DNA of 64,000 nt from an uncultured Bacilli bacterium (lineage in GTDB: Bacteria; Bacillota_I; Bacilli_A; RF39; UBA660), in assembly GCA_910587745.1 (NCBI GenBank), contig CAJUNE010000002.1, positions 2,097 to 66,096 on the forward strand, read 5' to 3'. A program made the position numbers and the translations under genes. Below are positions 7,354 through 17,459 of this stretch, piece by piece (position 1 is the first letter of the stretch; every line of letters begins with the position of its first letter). The notes beneath the pieces were generated by a model. The model ran no database searches, was not told the DNA's origin, and saw only the letters and a program-made list of their open reading frames with translations.

Positions 7354-8901
7354 CTAGATAGTTGTTACGCCATTAATTCCAATTGGTAAACCTATTATAA
7401 ACCATACTATTAATAAAGCTAGTAATATTATACCTACTAACATAGTATATGGCATTTGATATCTTAGTGTTTTAAATAGATTAATTGGCTTGGAACTTTG
7501 ATTATATTTTTCTAAATAAGCAAGATATATACAATAATATGCCATTAATGGTGTTATACCCATAGTTACTGATTCACCAAATCTAAATATTGTTTGACTA
7601 AATTCTGGAGATATACCAATATTCATAAGAGTTGGTACAGCTATACCTGCCATTATAGCCCATTTAAAGCTTGAGTTTGGTAAGAATAAAGTTGAAATCG
7701 CAGTTATAATAAATAATATTACTATTAACGGAAAAGCTCCTAAGCCTTCTATAGTTAAGATATTTACTAAAGCTGCAGTTATAACTTCACCTATACCAGT
7801 TTTCTTAAATATACTTATAAATGTTGAAGCTAAAAATATTAATACTAATGTCTTTCCTATTCCATCTAAACTATGACCTAAATCGTCACAGAAATCTTTA
7901 TTGTTTCTAATAGTCTTAGCTCCAATACCATAAAAGAAACCTAATATGATAAACAACATTGTTACTACAAAGACAAATCCATGGCTGAAAAATGATGTTG
8001 GACTAAATAATTTATCGATATAGAATAACTTAGTATTATCTAGTAATGCTCCTGATAAAGGTAATCCTGGAATAATACAATAAATAAATATTAATAAATA
8101 TACTAAACCTGCTAGTCCTGCTAAAACTAATCCTTTTAGCTCTTTTTTATTTATCGTTAAATCCTCTTCTAAAGAACTTTCAGGAAATTCATACTTTGGT
8201 AATCTAGGAACTATAAAGTTTTCGGTAACAGATGTTATGACAAAAGCTAATATGATTATAGCTACTAACATAATAAATATAAAAGCTGTTGTTCCAAGAG
8301 CATAACTAGAATTTATCATATGTGAACCTAATAATGTATTTATTAAAAGCTCAGAATCTGTTGCAGTAAATAATACACTTAATCCTGTACCAGCACTGAG
8401 AGCTGCAAAAGATGATATTATTCCTATATAGGGATTACGTCTTCCATATTCAAATATCAAGGCACTTAGTGGTATCATAATAACATATGGTAAATTGCCC
8501 ATAACACTAGATAATAAACATATAAGAACTAGTACAAAAGTTACATTTTTCTTTTTAGCTTTTTTTGTTAATAGTGTTATTGCTGTTTTTAAGAATCCAC
8601 TTTTTTCCATTACACCTATACCAATTAATATGATTATTAAACTTGATAAGGGAGTAAATGATATAAAGTTTGATACGGTATTGGTAAATATATATTTTAA
8701 ACCACTTAAACTAAATAAAGATTCGACTGATACTAACCCTTGAGTATACTCTATATTAACATCACTTGCTATTTTATTATAAGTTACGTGTGTTCCTAAA
8801 AGGTGCAAAAAACCACTTAAAACAATGGTTGCTACTATTAAAATTAGTAATGTCATTATAGGATCTAAGGTTATTCTATCTTTAATTGACCTCTTTTTCA
8901 T
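7354..8901 (-). CDS. AbgT-family (p-aminobenzoyl-glutamate-type) transporter
   Basis: 515 aa, polytopic, with AbgT-like blocks (FTPLSSLIIILIGIGVMEKSGF, GESVTMGITP). GGAGG RBS. Confidence 0.8.
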   Translation of the reverse strand: MKKRSIKDRITLDPIMTLLILIVATIVLSGFLHLLGTHVTYNKIASDVNIEYTQGLVSVESLFSLSGLKYIFTNTVSNFISFTPLSSLIIILIGIGVMEKSGFLKTAITLLTKKAKKKNVTFVLVLICLLSSVMGNLPYVIMIPLSALIFEYGRRNPYIGIISSFAALSAGTGLSVLFTATDSELLINTLLGSHMINSSYALGTTAFIFIMLVAIIILAFVITSVTENFIVPRLPKYEFPESSLEEDLTINKKELKGLVLAGLAGLVYLLIFIYCIIPGLPLSGALLDNTKLFYIDKLFSPTSFFSHGFVFVVTMLFIILGFFYGIGAKTIRNNKDFCDDLGHSLDGIGKTLVLIFLASTFISIFKKTGIGEVITAALVNILTIEGLGAFPLIVILFIITAISTLFLPNSSFKWAIMAGIAVPTLMNIGISPEFSQTIFRFGESVTMGITPLMAYYCIYLAYLEKYNQSSKPINLFKTLRYQMPYTMLVGIILLALLIVWFIIGLPIGINGVTTI

Positions 8902-9088
8902 TCTTTCCTCCTATTACTTTTTTTAACTTTTTTGTAAATTCTAAACGGTCTAGCATTACTTCCCGTCCACAATTTAAACACTTTATTTTAATATCTACTC
9001 CCATTCTTGTTATTTGCCACTCATTTGTGCCACAAGCATGGGGTTTCTTCATTATTACTATATCATTTATATTAAATGTCTTGTCCAT
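8882..9088 (-). CDS. DUF951-family small protein
   Basis: MDKTFNINDIVIMKKPHACGTNEWQITRMGVDIKIKCLNCGREVMLDR is the typical DUF951 sequence with a CxxC pair. The start is taken at the internal Met. Confidence 0.75.
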   Translation of the reverse strand: MDKTFNINDIVIMKKPHACGTNEWQITRMGVDIKIKCLNCGREVMLDRLEFTKKLKKVIGGKNEKEVN

Positions 9089-9896
9089 GATGTACCTCGA
9101 TTTGATTGTATGGAATTTTAATATTGTTTTTATCATATGCTAGTTTTATTCTTTTTAGCATTTCTCTTCTAATGTTATATCTTTTGTTTTGGTCACAATT
9201 AATCTTTACTAAGTATTTTACTGATGACGTGCCTAAATCATTAATTCCTAAATATTCACTATCAGGGAGAATTAATTTTTCTACTATTGCTTTATCTATA
9301 ACGCCCATTAATACTTTTTCGACTTTGCTTTCTTTTTCTTCATATGCTGTGTCTATCTCCAGATATAAATTGGCTTTCTTTTGAGATAAATTAACTATCG
9401 TATCAATGTTACGATTGGCTATAACCATTACTTCACCACTAGCTTTTTTTATCTTTGTAACTCTTAAACCTAATTCAATTACTTCACCAGTAAAATCATT
9501 ATAAGTTACAGTATCTCCTACAGCTAAATAGTTTTCTAATATTAATGATATACCACTTATAAAGTCTTTTAATGTATCTTGTAATGCTAAACCTAGAACA
9601 GCTCCAGCTACTCCAATACTAGCTATTAAACTTTTAGTATTAACTCCATAAAAATCTAATATTATTAAACCTGCGATAATATATATTATATATTTAAAAA
9701 TACTTCCTATTAATTCAATTATAGTCTTTCTTCTTTTAGCTTCATAATCTGTCTTGCCTTTAATTAATATTTTAGAAACTACATTTTTAAATATTTTAAC
9801 TAAAATTATAGCGATTATAATAGTTAGTAATGTTCCTAATACTTTCTTGGTTAAAACGAAATCTAAAATATTTTCAATAAATGTTTTAAAATTCAT
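9072..9896 (-). CDS. small-conductance mechanosensitive channel (MscS family)
   Basis: Three N-terminal TM segments and the MscS beta-domain motif GDTVTYNDFTGEVIELGLRVTKIK. Confidence 0.85.
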   Translation of the reverse strand: MNFKTFIENILDFVLTKKVLGTLLTIIIAIILVKIFKNVVSKILIKGKTDYEAKRRKTIIELIGSIFKYIIYIIAGLIILDFYGVNTKSLIASIGVAGAVLGLALQDTLKDFISGISLILENYLAVGDTVTYNDFTGEVIELGLRVTKIKKASGEVMVIANRNIDTIVNLSQKKANLYLEIDTAYEEKESKVEKVLMGVIDKAIVEKLILPDSEYLGINDLGTSSVKYLVKINCDQNKRYNIRREMLKRIKLAYDKNNIKIPYNQIEVHHGQDI

Positions 9897-9898
9897 TT

Positions 9899-10781
9899 TT
9901 AATCACCTTCAATGTTTATATTTAATTCTTCTAATATACGAGTTAATTCTTCGTCATCTTTATATGGTATTTCTATTTTTTTATTGTTAATCTTTACTTT
10001 AACGCCTAGTCTTTCACGACATAAGTTTTCATAAATACTAAACTTTATATCAAATGTTGAGGCTCTATTTATGTTGTGCTTTTTAGGTATGTTTTCAGCA
10101 TTAATTAATTTCTCGGTATCCCTTACACTTAAGCCTTCTCTTACTATTTTATATGCTAATTCATTAATCTTGTTTTCATCTTCTAGTTTACTTAATGCCC
10201 TAGCATGACCCATTGATAACTCTTTTTTTTCAACTAATTTAATAGTACTCTCAGGTAAATTTAATAAACCTAACATATTTGTTATGTAACTTCTACTTTT
10301 AGAGAATTTGTGCGCTAACTCTTCTTGAGTTATATTATTTATCTTAATGATATTTTCATAAGCTTTGGCCTCTTCAATGGGATTTAAATTCTCTCTTTCA
10401 ATGTTTTCTATAAGAGCTATTTCCATCATTTCAACATCATTAAAATCTTTGATTATAGCGGGAATTGTTTTTAAACCTGCTAGTCTAGCTGCTCTTGTTC
10501 TTCTTTCTCCTGCAACTAATTCATAGCCTTTGATACTTTTTTTAACAATTATAGGTTGAATAATTCCGTGCTCTTTAATTGAATTTGCTAATTCTTCTAA
10601 TGTGTCATTATCAAACATAACACGAGGTTGATAAGGATTACTTCTTATTTCCTCTAAAGGTATTTCGGTTATACCTCCTGTTTGTTTACCCTCGTCAACT
10701 ATCTCAGTTTCAAATTTGTTGAAATTGATTACTTCATTTGAAAATAATTGCTCTAATCCTTTTCCTAAAGCTTTTTTGCGA

Positions 10782-10795
<14 letters not shown>
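9899..10795 (-). CDS. parB: chromosome partitioning protein ParB / Spo0J
   Basis: NPYQPR, GIIQPIIV, LVAGERRTRAA and an HTH; overlaps parA. Confidence 0.95.
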
Positions 10796-11567
<772 letters not shown>

Positions 11568-11675
11568 AATGCTACACCTCTTTATATTATAATTAGATAA
11601 CTAGAATTATTTTATCATATAATTCTCTTTTTGTCTTTAATTTTAGATAATTATTTTTAGTTTTTAAAGCCTATC

Positions 11676-12218
11676 TTAGTATATTTTTATTTCTGTTATT
11701 AAATAGTCTAATCTTATATCTGTTTTATCGCTTTTTATTTCTTTGGTTATTTGTTCTTCATAACATAAACCTATTTTTTTAATATTTGTATTACTTAAAT
11801 ATTTGTCATAATAACCTTTACCATAACCAATTCGATTCCTATTTTTATCAAAACATATTCCTGGAATAATTATTAAATCTATTTCTTCTTTTTTTATTGG
11901 TTTTTTATTTTTTACTTTTGGTTCTTTAATATTAAATGCTCCTACTTCTAAATCTTTTAAACAATTTATCTCATAAAAGTCCATAGTATTATCTTTGTTT
12001 ATTTTAGGTAAAACTACTTTTTTGCTCTCTAAACTTATTTTAATTAATTCTTTTGTTTCTACTTCTGAAGATATATTACTATATAAAGCGATAACTTTAC
12101 TTTTTTGATACTCTTTTGTATTTATTAATCTTTTAATTATTTCACTACTTTTTTTATCTCTATTATTAATATTATCTCGAATTATTTTATATCTCTTTCT
12201 TAATTCTTCTTTATTCAT
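11676..12218 (-). CDS. 5-formyltetrahydrofolate cyclo-ligase
   Basis: NRIGYGKGYYDKYL motif and appropriate size. The start is taken at MNKEEL. Confidence 0.8.
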   Translation of the reverse strand: MNKEELRKRYKIIRDNINNRDKKSSEIIKRLINTKEYQKSKVIALYSNISSEVETKELIKISLESKKVVLPKINKDNTMDFYEINCLKDLEVGAFNIKEPKVKNKKPIKKEEIDLIIIPGICFDKNRNRIGYGKGYYDKYLSNTNIKKIGLCYEEQITKEIKSDKTDIRLDYLITEIKIY

Positions 12219-13086
12219 TATTAACCTCAATAGGATTTACATGAATTATAGTTTTGTATATTTTACGATATTTATTAACAATTTCTGTTTCTAAAGTATC
12301 TGCGATATTATGTGATTCAAAAGTACTTAAATTACCATCAACATCTATTGTTAATATCGCTATATATTTATAACCAGTTGCAATAGTATAAAAATCACTT
12401 ACTTTTTTCACATTTTTATTACTTAATATATAATCTATTATTTTGGCTTTTTCTTCTTTTTCAATAGATATATCCATTAGTATTTTATAACTTTCAATAA
12501 ATATCTCAATGCCACTAAACATTATATATAGAGAAATAATCGCGCCAAATATTCCGTCAAAATAGTAAAATCCATATTTGCCTAAGATACATGATATTAA
12601 AGTACCTGTTGTTAATATCATATCATTTCGATGGTCTTTCATACTAGCTTTAATTAAAATATTTGAATGTTTCTTGTACTCTTTCTTGCAATAGCAATAT
12701 AAAATAAATTTAATTATAATTGTTATTATACATACTAATATTAAATAATAAGAGAATATAAATTCATTTTTAATTATAATAGATGTTATAGATGTAATTA
12801 GTATTTTACCTGCTATTATAATCATAAATATGCTTATTAATAAAGAAAATATATATTCAGCTTTACCATGACCAAAATTATGATTGTCGTCTTTGGGTAT
12901 ACTAGCTATTTTATTTCCAATTGATGTCATTAGAGATGAAAATATATCACCTGCAGAATTTAAGGCATCTGCTAACATAGCTTCACTATGACTAATTATT
13001 GCAACCGATATCTTGATTATTAATAAAAATATATTGCCGATAATTCCTAATAATCCTACTTTTTTTGTACTTTCATATCTATTCAT
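12211..13086 (-). CDS. cation diffusion facilitator family transporter
   Basis: Six TM segments, HSEAMLADALNSAGD in TM2 and a cytoplasmic C-terminal domain. Confidence 0.85.
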   Translation of the reverse strand: MNRYESTKKVGLLGIIGNIFLLIIKISVAIISHSEAMLADALNSAGDIFSSLMTSIGNKIASIPKDDNHNFGHGKAEYIFSLLISIFMIIIAGKILITSITSIIIKNEFIFSYYLILVCIITIIIKFILYCYCKKEYKKHSNILIKASMKDHRNDMILTTGTLISCILGKYGFYYFDGIFGAIISLYIMFSGIEIFIESYKILMDISIEKEEKAKIIDYILSNKNVKKVSDFYTIATGYKYIAILTIDVDGNLSTFESHNIADTLETEIVNKYRKIYKTIIHVNPIEVNNE

Positions 13087-13193
13087 TTAATCACTTCCTT
13101 AGTGTTATTACATTATATCAAATATTTTATTTATTGGATATTATAAACGCTTAATTTTTAAAAGATATAAAATTTTATATATTCATTTAATAA

Positions 13194-13246
13194 CAAAAAA
13201 AGAGAATAATTCCTTACCCTCTTCCTCAAGTTCATTTATCTTTTGT
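13194..13246 (-). terminator. rho-independent terminator within a repeated 3' module (paralog at 52171-52220)
   Basis: Minus strand: AAAAGATAAATGAACTTG, then AAGAGGGTAA-GGAA-TTATTCTCTT, then a T-run. Confidence 0.7.
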
Positions 13247-15142
13247 TTATTTATATTTTTCAATTATTTTAGTAATATCTTCTGCTTCTTTAAAACCTAT
13301 AAAACCATCGACCATTTTACCATCTTTGATAACAACTACTGTTGGTGAAAGTTTACTATTTTTTAGTAATTCACCATAAGTTGCTTCTTTCTCTTCAAAG
13401 ATTGTTTTTATATCTAATTTAGAATATAACTTATCAAAAGTATTACTACTGTTAAGTGATGTATTATATATGTTTATATTCATAGTTTTAACAAGACTAT
13501 CTAGTTCAACTTCTAAATTGCGACATGGTTCACAAGGAACACTATCAAAATATAAAATATGTAAACCTTTTTTATCAAATAAACTTAATGCTTCTTCTTC
13601 ATTTATTTTTTTAATAACGTTTAATGGTGTGTCATTAAAAACATCTAATGATATTCTTGCACTAACAAAACTAATCGGTTCATACATTCCTGGTTTTTCT
13701 TCATACATATGAAGCTTATTATTAACTTTGTCAATAGCGAAACTCGCTTCTTTAATTAAATTATGATAATCTCTTTTTTCTTCACAATTTTCATCTTCAG
13801 AAAAATAACATGTATCATAACCAGCGAAATCATTTCCAGCTTTTTTTAACTCTTGCATTATGTATTCATATAATTTTGTTTCAAAGTTAGGTATATCTTT
13901 TGTTGGATTATCACTTAAATAACTTATTTTTTTGTTTTTATCTATTAACATATTTACAGCATTTATTGTTTTTGTATTTATTTCTTTAGCTTCATTAAAG
14001 CCTAAATGATATTTGATAAAATCTTCTTTTTTATATTCTTTTTTATTAATCTGATAATATACTTGATAATCGTTTGCTGTATGATAATATATATCAGCGT
14101 TTATATAAATATAAGCATAATTATTTCCTTCTGTGTCTAATTTTTCTTTTTTTAATATTTCTTTTTCTAATAAATTAATATAATCTTTTAAATTAAGTTC
14201 TGTTATTTCTTTAGAAATATAATTGTAGTCAGGGTCTATATTATTTTGATTATTAATTCTAAAGTTTACATATGTTTTATCATTTATAAAATGACCTGCA
14301 TCAGCATATCCATTATTATCTTTTTCTAATAATTCATATATTTTATCAGCACAATTATTTGGTTCACAATAATTAGTTATATCTTTTTCATATATACTAT
14401 TATCTAAATAACGATCATATATAGTTATATCATTAAAGAAATCATAATACTCTAAATAAATTCCACTAAATTCATCTTCCTTACTTTCATAGGTTAGAAC
14501 AGCATTCTTAGTATTAACACTTAAGATATAATCATTATTTTTAATTTTTTGGAGATTTTCAGCGATGGTATTTTCAATATTGTTATCATATTCAGAATCA
14601 TTATCTTCAGGGCTACAAATTCCCCACATACAAGTACTATTATAACTACTTTTTACTATAAAACTATATATATCAGAATCTTTATTGAATAGTTCTTCTA
14701 TTGTTATTTCTTCACCAGTCTTTAAATTGACATTTACTGTTTCTATGGCACAACTTATACTTAAAACATTTGATACATTTGTATTGATGTGACAATTGTT
14801 ACCAAATTCGCTTTCTTCAACTGTTAATACAGATAATTTTTCATTAACTTTATTTTCAATCTCTTTATCTTTTAAACCACTTATTTTAACCTTACCTTTT
14901 GTAAAATTTATTTCAATAGGATTTATAGGATATTTTTTAAATATATCAATTGTATCACTTTTAGAGACTTCTTTAAAAGTTAAAAATGGTTTAACATCCT
15001 CTTTGGGAGTGTTAGTAACTCCATTTTTATCAACATTTTCTTTATGTTTATAGATAGCAAAAGCTGTACCTGAGATGCTTAATATTACCACTAAGGCTAA
15101 AATACTATAAAAGATAATATTATTTCTTTTTGATTGGGACAT
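13247..15142 (-). CDS. membrane-anchored protein with a C-terminal thioredoxin-fold (CxxC) domain
   Basis: N-terminal TM segment. The C-terminal 110 aa contain VPCEPCRNLE and SPTVVVIKDGK, which is thioredoxin-like. The middle region is not recognised. Confidence 0.6.
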   Translation of the reverse strand: MSQSKRNNIIFYSILALVVILSISGTAFAIYKHKENVDKNGVTNTPKEDVKPFLTFKEVSKSDTIDIFKKYPINPIEINFTKGKVKISGLKDKEIENKVNEKLSVLTVEESEFGNNCHINTNVSNVLSISCAIETVNVNLKTGEEITIEELFNKDSDIYSFIVKSSYNSTCMWGICSPEDNDSEYDNNIENTIAENLQKIKNNDYILSVNTKNAVLTYESKEDEFSGIYLEYYDFFNDITIYDRYLDNSIYEKDITNYCEPNNCADKIYELLEKDNNGYADAGHFINDKTYVNFRINNQNNIDPDYNYISKEITELNLKDYINLLEKEILKKEKLDTEGNNYAYIYINADIYYHTANDYQVYYQINKKEYKKEDFIKYHLGFNEAKEINTKTINAVNMLIDKNKKISYLSDNPTKDIPNFETKLYEYIMQELKKAGNDFAGYDTCYFSEDENCEEKRDYHNLIKEASFAIDKVNNKLHMYEEKPGMYEPISFVSARISLDVFNDTPLNVIKKINEEEALSLFDKKGLHILYFDSVPCEPCRNLEVELDSLVKTMNINIYNTSLNSSNTFDKLYSKLDIKTIFEEKEATYGELLKNSKLSPTVVVIKDGKMVDGFIGFKEAEDITKIIEKYK

Positions 15143-16058
15143 AACCTGCCTCCCTTGCTACTTTAGCTCCTTCATTTGATAATAATGCTTCTTTAAATTC
15201 TAATGTTTTTTTACTTGCATCTTTTCTTGTTACAATATAATATGCTGTCATTAATGGATATGTCTCATTTTCTATAGTTTCATATGTTGGTTTAACTCCA
15301 TTAATACCTAAAAATTTGATATTTGGTGTGCGATACATTATATTAGCATAATAATAGTAAGAATAGCCTAATCCATCTATATTGTTATCATAGTTGGCTA
15401 CGGCATCAATTATTCCTCCCATAGTTGCTACTAATTCAGTTGTCGTTGGTTCTCTTAATGGTACGCCTTTCATAACAAGTGATAACATTCCTGTTTGAGA
15501 ACCTGAATTAATTGGTCTTTGATATGGTATTATTCTTGATTTATTTCCTCCGACTTCATCCCAATTATTTATTTTTCCAGAATATATATCAATAACATTC
15601 TCTAATTTTAAATTATCTACTGGATTTTTAGCGTTGGCATAAAATACAAACCCTTCATTGACAACTTTTGTTACTTCAAGTTCAACATTCTTTTCTTTGG
15701 CTAAAGCTAATTCTTCGGCGCTCGGTTCTGTAACAACTATTAAGTCTGTTTCCCCATTAATTAACTTAACATAGCCTGGATGTGTATTAGTATAATTTTC
15801 TTTTACTTCATTTAAAAAGTCTTCATCTCCAAAATATTTAGCATACGCATTCATTAATGGTTGAGTTGCTAATGATGCATCTACTCTTAATTTACTATTT
15901 GCAAATTTGCCTTTTAAATCTTCAGTAACTGGTAGTTCTTCTTGAGGTTTCTTATCAGGTACTTTTGGCTCTTCCTTGGTAAAATGTTTATATGCAAAAA
16001 AACAACTTGGTGCTAGTATTAATAATACTATTATTGATATAATAACTTTCTTTTTCAT
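15120..16058 (-). CDS. PstS-like periplasmic substrate-binding domain protein (lipoprotein/anchored)
   Basis: Signal/TM segment, then ATQPLM, GSQTG and GYSYYYY blocks resembling the PBP-like 2 family. Confidence 0.6.
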   Translation of the reverse strand: MKKKVIISIIVLLILAPSCFFAYKHFTKEEPKVPDKKPQEELPVTEDLKGKFANSKLRVDASLATQPLMNAYAKYFGDEDFLNEVKENYTNTHPGYVKLINGETDLIVVTEPSAEELALAKEKNVELEVTKVVNEGFVFYANAKNPVDNLKLENVIDIYSGKINNWDEVGGNKSRIIPYQRPINSGSQTGMLSLVMKGVPLREPTTTELVATMGGIIDAVANYDNNIDGLGYSYYYYANIMYRTPNIKFLGINGVKPTYETIENETYPLMTAYYIVTRKDASKKTLEFKEALLSNEGAKVAREAGYVPIKKK

Positions 16059-16080
16059 ACTTCAAACTCTCTTTCTTTTT

Positions 16081-16593
16081 TTATCTCCACTCACTAACAC
16101 TATCTAGTTCTTTTCTTGGTCGTGGTTTGGGTTTAGCATCACTATATCCTAAGGCTAGAGTTGCTATTAACGTTTTATCAGTGTTTAATAATTCTTTTAA
16201 TTCTTCTTCTATCTTTAAAGTATATCCGATCCATAAACTCGATATGTTTAAATCTGTTGCTTTTAATATCATATTTTCGATACATGCGCCAACTGACTGA
16301 ACATCTAAAATTGTATTTTCAATATCAGCATATATCATTATGATGGTATCACTAGTTTTTATAACTTCACTAGTTAAACTGGCTTCAGGAAGCCTTTCTT
16401 CTAATAAATTTCCTATTTCATTTTTTAAATCTTTATCCTCTTTTATAATTATAAAATGCCATGGTTGGCGATTTTTGGCAGATGGTGCTAAAATTCCACA
16501 CTCTAATATTTTTTCAATATCCCTTTTTTCTATTTCTTTTTCATTGTAATGCCTTATGCTTCGACGATTTTTTATCACAGTCTCTAATTCCAT
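16081..16593 (-). CDS. nitroreductase-family protein
   Basis: RRSIRHY...APSAKNRQPWHFI N-terminal signature. Confidence 0.85.
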   Translation of the reverse strand: MELETVIKNRRSIRHYNEKEIEKRDIEKILECGILAPSAKNRQPWHFIIIKEDKDLKNEIGNLLEERLPEASLTSEVIKTSDTIIMIYADIENTILDVQSVGACIENMILKATDLNISSLWIGYTLKIEEELKELLNTDKTLIATLALGYSDAKPKPRPRKELDSVSEWR

Positions 16594-16596
16594 ATT

Positions 16597-17388
16597 CTAT
16601 ACGCCCATCGAAGAAGTCTCTGGTAAAGTGGATCCTCCATCAATTACTATTCCTTGACCTGTTATATAACTTGCTTCATCGCTTCCTAAGAAAGCTGCTA
16701 GCTCACCTATTTCTTTAGGGTCTGCTAGTCTACCCATTGGTATAGAGGCTGCTATATCTTCGACAACAGAATTAGGATTTTCCTCGTTTGATAATATCGC
16801 CATATTGTCTACTAAAGGTGTTTTAACATAACCTGGCATAATTGCATTTACTCTAATATTGTTAGTAACTACTTCCATTGCTAAACTTTTAGTAAAACCT
16901 AAAACCGCTGCTTTACTCGTGGCATATGCTACTTCTCCACTGTCTGCGACCATTGGACCTGTTACACTTGATAAATTAACTATTGCTCCTTTACCAGTTT
17001 TCTTAATTAATGGTAAAAATACTTTAGTAACATTCCATGTACCATTGATATTGATATCAAAATGGAAATCTCTAGTATTATCATCCATATCTTCAAAAGT
17101 AGTAAGTTTACATACACCAGCATTATTTACTAAAATGTCAATGTGGCCATATCTACTTTCAATTTCTTTGGCACAAGCTTCTAATACTTCTTTGTTTCTA
17201 ATATCAACAATAAAGCCATTAATTTTATTAGGATACTTCGCATTTAGTTCTGTTAGCGTATTTGTTAATGCTTCATTGTAATCTAATATTATGACACTCG
17301 CACCATATTTTAGATATACTTCTACAATGCCTTTTCCTATACCCATTGCCCCACCAGTTATAACTGCTATCTTATTCTCTAGTTTCAT
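16597..17388 (-). CDS. short-chain dehydrogenase/reductase (SDR)
   Basis: TGGAMGIGKG, NNAG and YATSKAA catalytic motifs. Confidence 0.9.
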   Translation of the reverse strand: MKLENKIAVITGGAMGIGKGIVEVYLKYGASVIILDYNEALTNTLTELNAKYPNKINGFIVDIRNKEVLEACAKEIESRYGHIDILVNNAGVCKLTTFEDMDDNTRDFHFDININGTWNVTKVFLPLIKKTGKGAIVNLSSVTGPMVADSGEVAYATSKAAVLGFTKSLAMEVVTNNIRVNAIMPGYVKTPLVDNMAILSNEENPNSVVEDIAASIPMGRLADPKEIGELAAFLGSDEASYITGQGIVIDGGSTLPETSSMGV

Positions 17389-17426
17389 ATAATCCTCCTA
17401 TTATTTATAGTATACCACTTATTAAA

Positions 17427-17453
17427 TAAAAAAAGCAGAGATTTTTCTCTACT
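17427..17453 (-). terminator. rho-independent terminator after leuS
   Basis: Minus strand: AGTAGAG-AAAAAT-CTCTGCT followed by a T-run. Confidence 0.6.
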
Positions 17454-17459
17454 TTATTT

